Translations under genes and position numbers: made by a program
Shown here: piece by piece, positions 25,580-37,380 of the stretch
Position numbering within the stretch: the first letter of the stretch is position 1
Layout of the letters: each line of letters starts with the position of its first letter
Assembly (NCBI RefSeq): GCF_001194135.2
Contig: NC_068982.1
Coordinates: forward strand, 1,714,070-1,778,069
DNA from: Octopus bimaculoides
Taxonomy: Eukaryota
DNA length: 64,000 bases
Direction of reading: 5' to 3'
Notes under the pieces: model-generated
The model's database searches: none
What the model saw: only the letters and a program-made list of their open reading frames with translations
Told to the model about the DNA's origin: nothing

Positions 25580-26049
25580 ATATACTGATAACTGAGAGAG
25601 GAAAAATTTTATACCTACCATGATAGGGATTAATGATATAATGCGGTATGTGGTTTTGTCGAGTCAGTCTCTTGCCACTCTGAGTTCCGTCTGTTATAGC
25701 ACAGGATCTCCAGACAAGTTATGACTGATGGGATTTGCAAATGGAGAAATAGTTTCCTTGACAGCAGTTCTGGTGATGGACAGAAAATATGAGAAAGGGG
25801 AGAAAACGAAGAAGCAAAAGAGAATGAAGAAGAAAAGCTAAAGTTGAGTAACAGAAAGAAAACGAAAGGAAAATATAAAGAGGTGTAAGAAAAAGAAAAG
25901 GAAGATGAGAATTAGAGGTGAAAGAGAAAGGTGAGTTAAGAAGAGAAAAGGAAAGGTTATAAGAAAAAGAGAAGAGTAAGCGAAAAGAAAAAGACAGAAT
26001 AGGGGCGAAAAAGGAAAGGCAATGAGCTATCAGAATTGTTTGGAAAATG

Positions 26050-26520
26050 TTTAGCGGCACTGTGCCAGTTCCTTAGAAGTAAATCCAAGTCCCACCTGTA
26101 ACAACAATGCTTTTATCATTCCGGTGTTTATAGAGTTAAGTACTTGTCTAATGTCGACAAACCCTCTTCCTTCACTTAGCTGACCTTTTGCCAAAATCAG
26201 GGATCAAATAGGGTCTGCGAGAAAATCGAATGCATGTATCTGTCGTCAGTTGCTATGGTATGAGTGGAGAGTGACAAACGTCATCCGATGATCTCTCCAC
26301 AAAAAGACATATGTATATGTTTTCTCTGGCAGATGGCATCCCTGGGACATTTTCCCATGTCATTATTCGGTACTGAGTATGTTTATAAATTCCTTTTATG
26401 AAGCAATGTGACAGGTATTTTGTAAACCGTTGTTTTGACATAAAAACCAACAACTTGAAGTCACCCACTATCAACAGAAAATGTGTGCAGAGCTGTTTTC
26501 TTTTCCACAGCTACTTGATA
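26050..26520 (-). pseudogene. Degenerate DNA transposase relic, probably Chapaev-like (CMC)
   Basis: IVGDFKLLVFMSKQRFTKY..CF..W..VPG resembles the Chapaev3-type motif CGDLKV..LLG.Q.GYTKYPCF.C.W..R...PG.KNV as I recall it; heavily decayed. Confidence 0.35.
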
Positions 26521-27381
26521 TACCCTTCAGTGAGCTGACCAAAATTTTATTCAAATAACCTACCCAACATATATTATAAGCACTTTGCATGGATAAGTGT
26601 GACGATGTTTATTTACTTGGTCTAACACAGTTAAGTGTGGTGTCATCTCACAGCGAGTTAGTTAGCTTCTACTTAAAATCACGTAATGCGGCTTGCAGCT
26701 GCACGCATCACTATTTTGAAGGTCTTCATGTCTAGACGTCACTGGTTCGTGTCTAGGAATTCCATAGCGAAGACATCTCTGAACACAGCAGCTGTCATAT
26801 TTCTAAAGAAGTGTCAAGTGAGGGTGGAGACGAAAAATTTGGGTCTGCTTTGTAAATCAAATTGAACAACGTGGTTTATCCTGCTTTTTGATTTTGTATT
26901 TTGGGAGGGTCATACTGAAAATACTTTATGACACACGCACTGGTTCAATATAATTTTATTATTGTTAGTCAATTGCTTAAATGTAAAACCAACAAAGTAA
27001 TAGATTGTATGTTTAATGTTTAGATTAAATAAACAATCGGTTGTTTGACAAAGTCGTTTCGTCGTTATTCGCGTCCTTCTCAGTGATTTGCCTCCGTCCG
27101 CAAAGTCCTCGAAGTCTACTAGTATGTCTGTGCGTATGTAGATATGTGCTTGCTTAAAAGGGGAGATATAGGTTCCTTTTGCATATCGATGATTACAAGA
27201 GAGGAACGCACTAAACGAAATTCTACGGGGTTGATGATTTATAAAGGAAAATATTAGGCGTAGTGGTTAGTGCCGGTAATGAAAGGTGAGAAACAAGTTA
27301 GTTGAAAGGGTCGACGAAACTTTAGCGTGACACGAATTAACTCCAGAAGCAGAGACCACTGTAATAAACGAAACAAGTGGT

Positions 27382-27584
27382 TAGGCATAAGACCCGAAGT
27401 TTTGGGGGAGGGACCCAGTCGATTAGATCGACCCCAGTACGTAACTGGTACTTATTTAATCGACCCCGAAAGGATGAAAGGCAAAGTCGACCTCGGCGGA
27501 ATTTGAACTCAGAACGTAGTGGCAGACGAAATACCGCTAAGCATTTCGCCCGGCGTGCTAACGTTTCTGCCAGCTCGCCGCCTT
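27382..27584 (-). mobile_element. SINE family A, full length, young
   Basis: Close match to family consensus from tail (gattagatcgaccccagtacgtaactggtact) to head (ctgccagctcgccgcctt). Confidence 0.95.
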
Positions 27585-28439
27585 AACCAGTGAACTATGT
27601 TACCAAACGACTATACAGCAATCACTCAGGTGGATTTATTTTCATTATATTTTTTCTGGGACGGCGTAGGAATTGCTTGTGTTTGCATGTTTAGTAGCAG
27701 CATCACTCCAGTGATAAGAGTAGTACAACATTATGGTTTTGAAAGAATTTTCTAGACCTGAATAGGAAAGACTATGTTTGTGTTGCAATCATTGTTGAGG
27801 CGAATACGTTCGCGATTTGGACAGATGTTCGATAGGGTCATAATTGCGTGTTATTTATGTGAATAAAATCCGATAATAGTTCTCTGGCAGTGGTAGTGCC
27901 ATAGACATGTTCTGGCCTATTGGGTCCCGCTTTTATTCATTAGTCTACTTAAGCCTCGAGTTCACTTGATACATTGTAAACAAATTTTAGATCCCCGCCC
28001 CCTAAGAATACAATTTCAATTAGTGAAATCAACTTTTGATTTCTCGAAATCATCTCGCTGGTTCTTTGAAAGTTGCTAATAATTACCAGAAGGCATATTT
28101 TATCTCTTTCTCTTGAAAAAGAAAATTTCACTTCTTGGTTGTTATTTTGTGGCATTCAGTAGATATTCCCTTCAGTCACTTTTAGCTCATGACATGGGTA
28201 CATTTCAGTTCTTTCTGTTGGCACATTTTATTTGTTTAAATATATAATAAAATATCTTTAATTACAAAGTCAAACGAAAACAAAATTAAGTGACAAAGGA
28301 ACTCATTAAGAACAACACGGTATTTCGCTTCACCATATTACAAACGACGCGAAACGCGACCGAAGGGAAGGTTAAGGACTAAAATTCTTCATTCAGGCAG
28401 ATGCAAACGTATTTCGTTTGTCCATGCTGCGTCGTTTTC

Positions 28440-28860
28440 ATCATAATCAATGAGATTAAAAATATATCCGAGATAAACCATCCGAAATATTGAATCTTTC
28501 ACCGCGATGACAGACGTCAACAAAACTTAACCTATGTTCAGTAGCCATGCTTGAGATGTGCGAGATATGCCTAGAAATGTTCTTTTGGTGCCTCACAAAA
28601 CACCACGAAATATCTTGAACAATGATGAGAAGCTCCGTGTATGTAGCATCAAGATGACCATAAAGCTCATCTTTCTTTGACCAAGTTTGCGTTCCATGAA
28701 AGATATACGAAATACCCATGTCCCGAGGAAGTCAAGCTTTGTTGGCTTCGGTACTTTTGATTACGATTTGAAGCTTGTTGCATGAACACCCGGGTTTTCC
28801 CTTACAGGCACTTAATACTATTGACTTATTTGAGTTGTGTGCAATCGTCAGAACAAATTA
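28440..28860 (-). mobile_element. RTE-type LINE relic (post-RT/thumb region)
   Basis: KGKPGCSCNKLQIVIKS..IFHGTQTWS..HLDATYTELLIIVQDISW..EHRLSFVDVCHR resembles KGKAW.ACNKL.KIWKS..LLYG.ETW..LDG.YTRMLR...NISW..RRLRFAGHC.R. Confidence 0.75.
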
Positions 28861-29555
28861 GCACGAAGCTTGCATCGTCGTTGGTGGCTATGCATTTTTC
28901 TTTTTGTAACGGGAAGAAGACAGACTTTACACTGCGTCCCACATTATTAGGCTAATCAACTTTATCTCAATAAATAAATGTATATTCGTTAAAAACCAGT
29001 TGTTTTCCCACTGACTGTTGGCAACATCTATCTGCGTACATTCTGTTAAAATAAATCGGATCTGCGCAGACGAAAACAAAAGGCGGCCATTATAGTGTAG
29101 CAGCAACATTTCTGCTGTCCCAAATTATTAGGCTGGTACCCAGTTTAAGTGTCATTATAGGTTGGAAACGTGATCGAACCTCGAATGAGAAGTCTACTGT
29201 TGTGTCAGAGCTTGAAAAAAAAAAAACAACCATAGAAATACAAAAAATACTGGTAAGAGATCACCGAAAAGTAAAAAAAATTGTACTGTCTCGTATTTTG
29301 GTCCGGTCAAAGGGTAGGACAAAAGCATCGTGAGGTTTTGACGGATGTACATTGTAACTTCATCATCATTTCTGTCTTTTCTGTCGCTTCGCAACGTTAC
29401 ATGTTTTGGTATATTTCTGCATTTGCGATGTCGAGTTTTAGATGTGTTTCGGTGAGTGGAATGCATAAAGGTTCATTAAATGCCACAAGACCTCCGCGAA
29501 ACAGAGATCCTATGCGACATCTGTGCTCTTGCCAGTGGTGGCCATCCCGGATCCA

Positions 29556-29927
29556 TATTCTTTATTCTTTTATTTGTTTCAGTCATTTGACTGCGGCTAT
29601 GCTGGAGCACCGCCCTTAGTCGAACAAATCGACCCCAGGACTTATACTTTTTTGTCGAACTGCTAAGTGACGGGTACATACACACACCAGCATCGGTTGA
29701 CAAGTGATGGTGGTGGGGGGACAAAAACGGACACACAACCATACACACTTATATATATATATACACGGGCTTCTTTCAGTTTCCGTTTACCAAATCCACT
29801 CACAAGGGTTTGGTCAGACCGAGAGTATAGTGGAAGACATTTGCCCAAGGTGCCACGCAGTGAGACTCTAGCCTGCAACCATGTGGTTGATAAGCAAGCT
29901 ACTTACCGAACGGCCACTCCTGCGCCT
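29556..29927 (-). mobile_element. Bipartite SINE family B, full length
   Basis: Tail attctttattcttttatttgtttcagtcatttgactgcggctatgctggagcaccgcc, central TA/CA tract, head ..ccactcctgcgcct. Confidence 0.93.
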
Positions 29928-29929
29928 AC

Positions 29930-29982
<53 letters not shown>

Positions 29983-30282
29983 CGGAGAGTGATTTTCTTT
30001 CTTTGTTTTGCCAATAAACACGCATCTTTCCTATCAAAGATTTTAGTCGCACATTCTGTGATCTCTTCAGCGACTCTTCTTTCTATTCTCCTACAGTCTT
30101 CTGTCTATTTCAGTTTGTCTTTATGTGGTATGTAACCATATCTGCGCATGCATTTACGTCTATACCTGTGTGTGCGTGTGTGTTCGTGTGTGAGTGTGTG
30201 CGTATACGTTAGGGACAATTAACCATAATTTAATTAGAAATACGATTATAAGTCTTCCGTACTGTCAATTAGAGATTATATC

Positions 30283-30351
<69 letters not shown>

Positions 30352-31137
30352 GGAGAGAGAGGTAGATAGATAGAAAGATAGATAGATAGAGAGATAGATA
30401 GAGATTTTACGTGTGATCTATATTTAGTTGTGTGTGTTACAATATTTACGTATTGAAGTTTATCTCCTTGTATTTCTTGGTGATGTTGTTTGACATATTG
30501 ATGTCTAATGTGAGTTCGCATATCTAGGTTGTATATATATTTTGACTTATCTGTGAATATATGGCCATTGGAGACAGATAGAGAAAAAAAACAATGTGTA
30601 TAGTTGTAAGCGTCTTGATGCAAACAATCAATGGTTAAATTGTGAATGTGGACAAGGATTGAGTGAGTAGTTCTAATATCTGCTTACTACATGTTTGCGA
30701 CTGAAGAATTTTATGCTGCATACAGGAAATCTATTCAGGAGGTGCAATTTTTTGCAATGTTGCTCATCCACAATCACTGTACGGGAATTCTTTAAATTTA
30801 TCATCCCTTGAGTAATTCACAAATTTAAGAAAGAATTAGTATCATTTTGAAACAGTAATTCCCAATCAATGCTGACCCACAAAGCGTGAATAGTTGGAAC
30901 TTGGCAATAATAGAATAAAAATACTTTAGGAAAACTTCCGCTCAGACCACAAAGTTCGTCTCGCATTTTCTCGTCTAACACATCAGAGTATTCATATATT
31001 AACAGGGTGCGTAAAAGTGTTATAATTATTTTATTTTTGTTATTTACTACGGCACGTTCTAAAAGATTTGTATCATAATAACAATGATATCTATAATAAC
31101 GATGAATATGATCATGATTACCATGGTGATTTCTTAT

Positions 31138-31393
31138 ACATTATTTACATTTGATGGATATTTGTCCTCATCTTGCTTGTTGCTAACACAACGTTTCGGC
31201 TGATATACCCTCCAGCCTTCATCGGGTGTCTTGGAGAAATTTCGAACCGGGGTTCTCATTCTTAAGGTATTTTTCGATGAGATTATTATCATTATTATTC
31301 AGTTCACAGCTTGGAATCGAACTCGGAATCTTGGGGTTAGTAGCCCGCGCTCTTAAACACTACGCCATATTCCCACGGGCATATGGCGTAGTG
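31138..31393 (-). mobile_element. tRNA-Arg-like SINE (family F) with Penelope-type 3' tail and inverted duplication of its 5' end
   Basis: Minus strand: atatggcgtagtgtttaagagcgcgggctactaaccccaagattccgagttcgattcc (A and B boxes), AAT-rich linker, then gacac-ccgatga-aggctg..cagcc-gaaacgtt-gtgtt. Hairpin cactacgccatat/atatggcgtagtg at 31358-31393. Confidence 0.85.
31185..31230 (-). ncRNA. Minimal type I hammerhead ribozyme motif (core variant CCGAUGA)
   Basis: Stem I gacac/gtgtt, core C[C]GAUGA, stem II ggctg/cagcc, GAAA, palindromic ACGU stem III. One core substitution (U4C). Confidence 0.6.
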
Positions 31394-32281
31394 ATTTCTT
31401 ATACTTAACAAGGCAAGTGTTACATGAACAAATTATAAATTGTATGGAAGCTTACCTTAAAAGGTGAGAGAAAAGAGGAGTTGTGGGAAACGAGAGAGAA
31501 AGCGACAGAGAGTCAACAATTATATAAACACATGTTGAGACTGACCTCTTGATACAATAACGCCTCCAGCTAAGGTCATTCATTGAACCCTGCCCCCGTA
31601 TCGAGGCACATACTAACCACTAATGGCAGAGAGTCCGGCTATCAGGTATTTCCTACCTACAACTGCATGCTTAGAATAGAACCATTTTTGAAACAGTCCC
31701 CAGTCATTTGACAAAAGATTCTATGGGTGAGCCCTGGCCTCTCTACTCTCTTGTTCCCAAGTGGATCTCGAAAAGTCGATGAGTACCTGACGAAACAGAA
31801 ACTTGTCTCTTCCAAATCCTTGTAGCCATACCCATCAGTCAGCTGTTTTTGGTAATAACCAATAGAAAGAAGAACATGATATAAACATTTTCTTAAGAAT
31901 TCTCATGATAGATTCAGCAGATGGCTAATATCGCACTATACTCGAGGACAGCTTTTCAAAACGTTTCTGTATCATTGTTTAATGCAGATCGGCTTCATCA
32001 CGCTCTACGTATCTCGTCGAGTACCACATGGTGACAATTCCACGGTCCAACGCAAAAGTTCTCCGAATTAGACCAGCTAATTCCACCTCACCGGCTTGAG
32101 TTTCCCCGAGAACTTCATCGCTCTTATCAATTTCTAGTTCGGTACCAGGGATATGTGATTAGAATTACACAAGACATTGTACGCAGTATTATTCACATAT
32201 AACATGATTTTATGATTATTACTTTAAAAGTAAGGAAGCTTTCCACGTATAGTTTTGAATCAATACATATTCTTCTATACT

Positions 32282-32489
32282 CTTGGCACAACGCCCGAAA
32301 TTTGATGGGAGGGGGGAAGTCAATTAGATCGAACCTGTACACAACTGGTACTTAATTTATCGACCCCGAAAGGATAAAAGGCAAAGTCGACCTCGGCGGA
32401 ATTTGAACTCAGGACGTAAAGACAGGCAAAATACCGCTAAGCATTTCGCCCGGCGTGCTAACCTTTCTATCAGCTCCCTCCCCCGCCTT
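32282..32489 (-). mobile_element. SINE family A, full length
   Basis: aactggtacttaatttatcgaccccgaaaggataaaaggcaaagtcgacctcggcggaatttgaactcag. Confidence 0.95.
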
Positions 32490-32829
32490 AGAATCAATAT
32501 ATTATAGATACGAGGCACGCGCAGAAACTGAACAAATGTCGTTTGCGTTTCCACGTCGCTATTTTAGTTGATAGCTTAACTCTGACAAGTCTCCTATTGA
32601 TTATATGCAGAATATATAAAGAGCTGCAGGACTAGGAATTGTGCACATTATTTAAAGTACAGTTACGTATCGAATTTCATCAGAACAAATAATTATACGA
32701 AACCGAATTCGAGAAATTCATTTCCGCTCTGTCTGCTGAGCTGCGTTCAGCAGAGTAATGAAAGCGTCCGGTAAAAACACTCGAACTCAACGTTGATAAT
32801 AATAATTCTTTGTAAAGTAAAACGAAGGT

Positions 32830-32990
32830 CTAACATTTTGTGGAGGAGGCCTAGTCAATTCCATTGATCCAAGTACTTCACTTGACCGACCTCGAAATGA
32901 GGAAAGGCACAACTACCTCAGCAGGTTTTGAACTTAGAATATGTGAGAGTCGAAGAAAGTTCGCTGGGCGTATTGGCCGATTCTCTCACT
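32830..32990 (-). mobile_element. SINE family A-like, old degenerate copy
   Basis: agtcaattccattgatccaagtac..cgacctcgaaatgaggaaaggc..ttgaacttagaat. Confidence 0.55.
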
Positions 32991-33103
32991 GACATCACGG
33001 TATCGATAAATGTATTAATATCAAGAAAGACTCCTCTGATTTTGAAAATAAAATTGATTATAGTGATAAATGAAAATGAACTTGTAAGTTTTCTTTACTA
33101 CAG

Positions 33104-33146
33104 ACCCAAGCTGCAGAGTAGCTTTGAGTCATTTCGGATTATGGAA
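33104..33146 (+). CDS. Isolated candidate exon (43 nt, phase 1-2)
   Basis: ttttctttactacag|..xPSCRVALSHFGLW..|gtgaga; strong splice sites but no partner exon identified. Confidence 0.2.
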
Positions 33147-33910
33147 GTGAGAGTGAGCTCCTATCACGAAGCAAGCCAGAAGCATTTTTCCACTTCAATC
33201 CGAGTGGGTTAACTATTTCTTTATGCATAATTAATGTCTGATTTTATTTTCAATTTATTTCATAGTTAACATGTAATTTCAATTTTCTGCATATTTGGCA
33301 TACTTTAAAGCAAAATATTAGTCCTACTGTAAATTAAATTATATTTTTATGGTGTCACAAAAGAATAATTGCTTGGCTACTGAGGTCCTTTGATGAGAAG
33401 TCTTGTATTTCCACGAGATACAGCTACTACTGTTATAAATCGCTTCATGCAATCCTTTCATCATTGTCTCTATTTTATGCTTCATGTCTTACCTACACAA
33501 AAGCTTTTATTATCCGTATTATGTATTTGTTTGAATCTTAATTCGTTATCCGTTTCTCATTACTTTGAAATCAAAGTAAATAAAGAAGGCAGGAAGTACG
33601 GTCCCACTTTTCCCTAACATACAAACCATGCATACATCACACCACAGAAAATACTTGTTCAGTGTTGAACGATGTAGACTGTGTGGGAATTTATCATCGA
33701 GTCGCAAACAGAACTTCGTTTCGGTTTGCATTGAAATAATTTCAATTTGTTTATGTTACTATAGCAAAGGCATGAACGTCACAGAAGCCCATTCTGTAAT
33801 TTTCTTAACATTCATGTGTGCCAAGAAAAACATCAGAAAGATTTATGTATATTCATATTATTTTTTATTGCATAATAAAATCTTTATCAAATCTTGGAGA
33901 TTTTTAATAT

Positions 33911-34125
33911 AGGTGGGGAATGAGTGAGCAGAATCGTTAGCACGCCTGACGAGATCCTTAGCAACATTTCGTCCGACTTTACGTCTTGCGTTCAAATTCC
34001 GCCGAGGGCGACTTTGCCTTTCGTTCTTTTGGGACCCATAAGATAAGTATCGGTTGAGCATTGCGGTTGATTTAATCGGCTTATCCTCTTTCTCCTTGTG
34101 CCAAATATTTTAAATATTTGTCTGG
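33911..34125 (+). mobile_element. SINE family A, diverged
   Basis: gcagaatcgttagcacgcc..ttcaaattccgccgagggcgactttgcctttc..ccttgtgccaaa. Confidence 0.85.
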
Positions 34126-34537
34126 TCTTGTGCGTGTTAAGAAGAGGGCGATTGATAATACTGCTATAGGCAGTATTATCAGTTGAGATGGTGTATGCAA
34201 AATGGAACACAATCTATTTTCCATCAATACCAAGTTTGCTTTACCTGTGACACAAATGATCAACATACCTGTCTAATTCTCCTCTTCATTTCTCCCTTAC
34301 TCTGAAGTGCACCTGTCGACATATGAAGTATTACGAATTTCTGACGATGATGCACCAGCTTCAGCATTCAATTCTCAGTAGAGACGAGAGTGGATAGCAT
34401 AAGTAATGGAATCAATTCGTTCCACTAAGATGGTACCCCAACACGACCGAAGTCGAATGTCTCAAAGACGAAGACAATAAACGATAAAGGCATGTAATCA
34501 CAATGATACATATTGAGTAATATTTTCTTAATAGCAC

Positions 34538-34610
<73 letters not shown>

Positions 34611-34635
34611 AACACACACACACATACATACAAAC

Positions 34636-34667
<32 letters not shown>

Positions 34668-35059
34668 TCACACGTATATATATATATGTGCATATATGCG
34701 CGTATGTAAGCAAAGGGAGAGAGAAAGAGAGCGCGCGCGGAGCAAGCGATGAATTAATGAAATTTGAAATAGAAAATTTAAGAGAAATTTCTTGAGTCCA
34801 ATTGAACGCAATACTTTTTCCTGATCTGTGACTCCGTTGTCAGTTATCTTCAAATCTATTTTACTTCATCTTGAAAATATTTTGACATACATCAGTATTT
34901 TGTTCCTTTCTCTGGTAAATCTTCAACTACTTCTGTAGTAGGTGTGTTAATACTACGGATGCCTAAACGTATTAAGATACCAGATCCCATGCTTGATGCT
35001 TCCTATAATGAAAAAGAAAAAAATATAATTGAATTATGAATTAATGACGAAAATTATAT

Positions 35060-35555
35060 AACTTCTATTAAAATATTATACAAAGCTAATGTTTATTTAC
35101 CATAAAATTGTATCCGCTACAGGATTCGAATATATACGTGTAAGTGTGAAAGCAATTTTGATCGATAAGGAAAAGTATAGCAGGTTGCAAGACAAATGTA
35201 ATGTTGAACCACTAGGATTCGTGGTGGAGTCCGATGAACTACCGCCAGTAGTTGAACTAAGGGAAATAGAGCCATATATAAGATATTAAAAAAAGAGAGT
35301 AAATTGTGGTTTAAAAAAAGAGGAAAAAAATAAAACAGAAAGGAAAAAACACTGAAAAAGATTATAAACGGAAGAGTAAGACAGTTCAAATGGTTCTGCA
35401 TGTGAGTGGGACGCAGGCAGCCATTTCATCACCATCGATTTCATTCTACATTTTACCATTTTTCATTCGTTTTATGTTTTTGTCCCCACTGCGATGTTCT
35501 GTCTGTCTTTGTGCTGTCCCCTCTGTGTTACGGCCGTAGTGCCAAATAAAGAGAT
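35060..35555 (+). mobile_element. 3' end of ORF1-only retroelement family (ORF C-terminus plus 3' UTR and AATAAA)
   Basis: FIYHK..VSVKAILIDKEKY..DELPPVVELREIEPYIRY* followed by a UTR matching 57202-57400; AATAAA at 35545-35550. Confidence 0.8.
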
Positions 35556-36844
35556 TACATACGTGTAAGTGTGAATAGGTGTGTGTGTGTGTGTGCACAA
35601 ACACATACACACATATGTACGTATATGTGTGGTTGTGTGTCTGTGTATGTATTTGTATGTGGCTTACGTATGTATATGTGCGAATGCTTGCGAATGCTTC
35701 AGCAAGCACGCGCACACGCATGTACATATTGAACTACCTAACAATCGGTTTTTTACCGATGAATATAAACACATAACTTTTGAATTCTTGAATATCATTT
35801 CGTCAGTTCTCTTAAGACAGAATAATTCTGTTGCATTTCAGTATGGGAGACTATATGAAACCTTGTTCCCATGTTAGAAATCGATATCAGAAGCCATAGT
35901 TTAGTGTTATTAATTTTCGTTAATTGTTACTGATAAATGCTCACATTTGAAATATAATTCCCCTGTTATAAAATTACAATCGTATCTGAAGACATTACAC
36001 GTTATTCTGTTCACGAAATCTTTAGAGACCTAACGAAGAAAGAAATTACGGTATATTTATTATAATAATGTGTGAAATCTGTTTTCTTTGACGTTTTAGG
36101 ACTCAAAGATTAACAAGGAGTTAAAAAACTAAATGTGTGAAGAAGCTGATTTGTTTTAGCATATATAAAATCCACACACACACAGATACACACACACAAA
36201 GACCGGTGCATATTTCTGTGCATATGCGCGTGTGTATATATGTGTGTAAGTCAACATTAAAGCAGCAGAAACAAGTATCAATAGTTGGTGGTATTAGAGT
36301 GGTTATTATTTCATTGCAAGAGAATCTCTCACAAGTGGTTCTTTGGAATTTCTCGGTTAAGATACCTGGACAACAATGACGGAATGAAAAACAAAGAGTT
36401 GCAGAAGAATAATGTCGATTTGAGAAGAGACGAAATGAATTGTAGAAAATTCTGAAAAAGCGAGAAATCACAACGTCGTTAGAAGTGACCAATATTTTTA
36501 TCGAAGGAAATGTTTTATAATTCATAAAACTCGTTTTAATGCCGGGATGTCAAAACGAAAATCAGGTAAAAAGATACAGGTGATGGTATGTAAAAAGGAA
36601 AGAAATTTAATGTACATTCATACATACTTGCACATACAAACGCACGCATGCGCACACACATATTCATTCACGCACGCACGCACGCACGCACGCACGAACA
36701 CGCACAACAGTGTGTTCGGGCTAAATTTGACTGTTTTCCATTAAAGAAAAAATGAGCAGAATATCCCATCCAAAGTAAATCAAATTATATCGGACACATC
36801 ATAGCTAAACGATAATAGTTTACTCGGAGAAGCCACCCTCAGTT

Positions 36845-37380
36845 TCATTTACTCAGGGAAGCCACCCTCAGTTTCATTCACGATCTCAAGACGGCTCTGG
36901 GTCCGGGTGCATGCGGTCCTCAGTGAGTCGTTGGGAAAAATCTTCGAACTCCTCCTTGATTTTGTCCACAAGATTGTCCTTGGTGTTACAGGCATAGCTA
37001 ATGGTGTCAACAACACACTACGCTGTGTATTCCATGGGATTTCATTCTGGGGAGTTGGAAGACCAGACATTGGGGCTGGTGAAGTACTACAAGTCCTCCG
37101 ATAGCCACTTCTGACACTTTCCGAATCCTACTGCCACAGATATGGCCTTTCAGCAGTAACCGACTTCAGCCAAGATTTCACTATAGCTTCCAGCATCTTC
37201 ACCTAATCGTCTGCATTGCACCGAAGACCCTGTACTGTAATTCTTGAATAAACTGCGGCATGCGGACGCAGTCAGAGCACCTGCTGTGTCCCTTCCTACT
37301 GCATAAACTTGTTCATGTTTTACAAGGTGTTCACAAAACATTCAGCAACAACAGCGATATTGGTATTTTGACACTTAGCA
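36845..37380 (-). mobile_element. Tc1/mariner (maT-like) transposase C-terminal relic
   Basis: LEAIVKSWLKSVTAERPYLWQ*DS..KCQKWLSEDL..SPNVWSSNSPE*NPMEY..NTKDNL..TACTRTQSRLEIVNETEGGFPE; the final ~24 bp are tandemly duplicated. Confidence 0.85.

Noticed and set aside
27030-27090. Hammerhead-like ctgagaag..gaaacgactttgtc on the minus strand
   Set aside because: The core does not fit CUGANGA and no stem I pairing was found.
36366-36451. Minus-strand exon spliced to 34891-35002
   Set aside because: All frames are open only because it is the reverse complement of GA-rich DNA; no coherent protein or upstream partner.
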